Below are positions 61,895 through 64,000 of a stretch of DNA of 64,000 nt, piece after piece; the stretch's first letter is position 1; every line of letters begins with the position of its first letter. The position numbers and the translations under genes are program-made. The notes below the pieces were generated by a model that saw only the letters and a program-made list of their open reading frames with translations, was not told the origin of the DNA and ran no database searches. The stretch covers positions 27,682-91,681 of the forward strand of contig CAZYVY010000002.1 of the NCBI GenBank assembly GCA_964651555.1. Direction: 5' to 3'. This stretch comes from an uncultured Lachnospiraceae bacterium. Lineage in GTDB: Bacteria; Bacillota; Clostridia; Lachnospirales; Lachnospiraceae.

Positions 61895-62587
61895 TTATTT
61901 TTGTTTCAACCCCCGCAAATACGTTTTCTGCTCCGGTGTAATGCGGTAGCTTTCAACAGCCTTCTGAATGGCTTTATTGTACGTCCACTTCTCCAGATTC
62001 CCTTCCTCAATAAAAGAAATCACCGCGTCCCACTGCTTTGCCAGTGCCGTAGCAAAATACCACGCCACCATCATTTTAACATAATATTCTTCCGACTCTA
62101 CTGCTGCCACTTCATCCACATATTTCACATCAAAGTGCTCATCCAGAAAATAAGTCATCAGCATACCGATGCCATAGCGCACCGTATATGTTTTACCGGA
62201 TGCCATCCACTCACGAATTTTAGGTAAAAGTGCTTCCGGATTCTTCTTAAAAACCTTGGGACGCATCATATCACAGGTTGCCCAATTGTCCACGTAAGGC
62301 AGAAAACGATTCACCTCATCCAAACACTTGTCAAAATCCTTCATACCCTCAAGCAAAAATCCGTGAAGATTATTCTCTTCATAGAATTCATGGGGCAAGT
62401 CCGCAATAAAATCCTCTGCAACGCCGTATTTGGCGATCTCCTTGGCAAATTTTCGCAAGGCAGGTGTTCTTACTCCTATGATGGTTTCAGGGCTGATTGT
62501 GGGCATTAAGCGGCTGTGGAAGGCCTTGTAATCCAAATCCTGCATCTCCAAGAGCTGTTTTTGAATATTTGCTACCGTATATTCCAT
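61895..62587 (-). CDS. DNA alkylation repair protein (AlkD-like)
   Basis: IGVRTP.LR, VDNWATCD, YYV.M..AWYFATALAK; AAAGGAG RBS before ATG 62587. Confidence 0.85.
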   Translation of the reverse strand: MEYTVANIQKQLLEMQDLDYKAFHSRLMPTISPETIIGVRTPALRKFAKEIAKYGVAEDFIADLPHEFYEENNLHGFLLEGMKDFDKCLDEVNRFLPYVDNWATCDMMRPKVFKKNPEALLPKIREWMASGKTYTVRYGIGMLMTYFLDEHFDVKYVDEVAAVESEEYYVKMMVAWYFATALAKQWDAVISFIEEGNLEKWTYNKAIQKAVESYRITPEQKTYLRGLKQK

Positions 62588-62666
62588 TTCCGGCACTCCT
62601 TTTCTATTTCCTGCAATTCTTATAATTACGGCGACAGTATTAACACTGTCGCCGTTTATCAACACA

Positions 62667-63557
62667 TTATTCAGTACTTGCCTGCAATCGGACAACTACC
62701 ACTTCCGGACGATTGTTTATCCGGACCGGAATCACACTATTCCCTAATCCGCGGCTGACCACCATTGTGGTATCATCCTCTTCAAATGTACCTTCCGTAT
62801 ACTCCGGAAAGAATCCCTGATCCGGTGCTACCACACCTCCGATAAAAGGAATTCGAATCTGTCCGCCGTGAGCATGTCCCGATAAGACCAAATCCACTCC
62901 GCTTTTCACATATGTATCAAATAACTCCGGACGATGTGATAAAAGAATGGTATACCCTTCAGTTTCATTTATCAGCGCAGGTATCATTGTTTTTACCTTA
63001 ACAATATTATTGCCCGGCATATCAGGGTCATGAACGCCTGCAATATTTAATGCAAGTCCCTCAAATTGTCCGCTATACATACAATTATCCATTACATGGA
63101 CACCGGCATCGGTTAAACGTTCTTCCAATTCACCATAGGCAGTTTCAATCCAGCCTTCATGATTTCCGGTGACATAATAAACCGGTGCAATTTCCACCGC
63201 CTGCTCAATGAACTCCATCGCCACATCTATGTCTGTACGAGATGAATCTACCAAATCTCCCGTGACCGCTATCAAATCCGGTTCCTGCTTCGCCACTGCC
63301 GCCAGGAGTCTTGATTGTTCCCTTCCAAAATGTGCATTATGTAAGTCGGATATCTGTACAATGGTAAAATCATCCAAATTCGCATATTCGTCTGCTATTT
63401 CAATTTCATACACAGTCGTTTGAAGGCTCACATTATCATATAACAACCATAAACCAAGAAACAGAATACATACAAATCCTACATATCTTACAATCCTTCT
63501 ACGAATTGATTTTGGCTTTTTATTTTCTGGCAACTCATTTTTTATATCCTGTTTCAT
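62667..63557 (-). CDS. Membrane-anchored metallophosphoesterase (YkuE-like)
   Basis: SDLH, TGDLVD, GNHE, LLSHRP, SGHAHGGQ, SRGLG. Confidence 0.9.
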   Translation of the reverse strand: MKQDIKNELPENKKPKSIRRRIVRYVGFVCILFLGLWLLYDNVSLQTTVYEIEIADEYANLDDFTIVQISDLHNAHFGREQSRLLAAVAKQEPDLIAVTGDLVDSSRTDIDVAMEFIEQAVEIAPVYYVTGNHEGWIETAYGELEERLTDAGVHVMDNCMYSGQFEGLALNIAGVHDPDMPGNNIVKVKTMIPALINETEGYTILLSHRPELFDTYVKSGVDLVLSGHAHGGQIRIPFIGGVVAPDQGFFPEYTEGTFEEDDTTMVVSRGLGNSVIPVRINNRPEVVVVRLQASTE

Positions 63558-63590
63558 TACATTATCTCCACACAGTCAAACAGCAAACGC

Positions 63591-64000
63591 TTACAATACC
63601 TTATCACCGTTTACCCTTAACTTAAAACCAACACCCAGAATTTCTGCAGCGCCTCTGCACATCATCATACGTGTAAGGAAAATTTCAAAATATTCATACA
63701 TACTGCATATTTCTTCATCTACGGACAAATTCAATACAATGGCATTCTTTTCTTTATCCACCACAATATCTGACTTGGTAACGGCATAATTTACACGGTC
63801 ATGAATATCAAAATTAGAACGGTCCTGAGGGCGCACACGACTTCGTCTAACGTCTGTTTTATCCGCAATAATCAATGCTGCAGATACCGCATCCTTGGCA
63901 CTACCCGTAGACTCGTCATGATTACCGATGGCAGACATAACCGTCACACGGTCTTCCAAAGACATATCTGTCTTCTGGAGGATATCATTGGCAAGAAGTG
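63591..64000 (-). CDS. HD-domain phosphohydrolase, 5' end beyond the window
   Basis: AIGNHDE, AALI.ADK.DV.RSRVR, FDIHDRVNYAV. Confidence 0.75.
   Translation of the reverse strand, partial: LLANDILQKTDMSLEDRVTVMSAIGNHDESTGSAKDAVSAALIIADKTDVRRSRVRPQDRSNFDIHDRVNYAVTKSDIVVDKEKNAIVLNLSVDEEICSMYEYFEIFLTRMMMCRGAAEILGVGFKLRVNGDKVL

Overview
Chromosomal window from a low-GC Firmicute, most likely Lachnospiraceae/Clostridia judging by gene repertoire, GGAGG RBSs and sigmaA-type promoters. No rRNA, tRNA, CRISPR array or integrase was seen. The flanks (1-28.5 kb and 55.5-64 kb) are mostly housekeeping, transport and signalling genes: CHASE2 cyclase, GGDEF/EAL/HDOD proteins, a LexA-boxed radical-SAM repair pair, a YtrA-ABC operon, glnA, nadE and a two-component system. 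The centre (28.6-55.5 kb) is an accessory conflict region with five parts. (i) A ParE-type toxin with an unannotated 51-aa antitoxin, and a type III ToxIN-like locus. (ii) A frameshifted giant secreted protein with 3 CBM2 domains, Ca-binding repeats, a VWA-like domain and a C-terminus carrying colicin-M-like motifs. It is followed by an array of putative immunity cassettes, two of which start with the same 12-bp inverted repeat joined in identical codon register to an orphan toxin tail. (iii) A Kongming-like HAM1+Sir2 pair (KomB/KomC) with no adenosine deaminase. (iv) Convergent on that pair, an AT-rich operon encoding a 2079-aa GHKL-PRTase-PRTase-GHKL protein, a receiver protein and a DUF2971-like protein. 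(v) Two ECF sigma/anti-sigma/secreted-protein triplets. One promoter-like motif, TGT(A/C)ACAAA-N12-TTTCGTTA, occurs five times and links the ECF cluster, the toxin gene and the HAM1-Sir2 pair. All family calls come from motif recognition by eye, not database searches.
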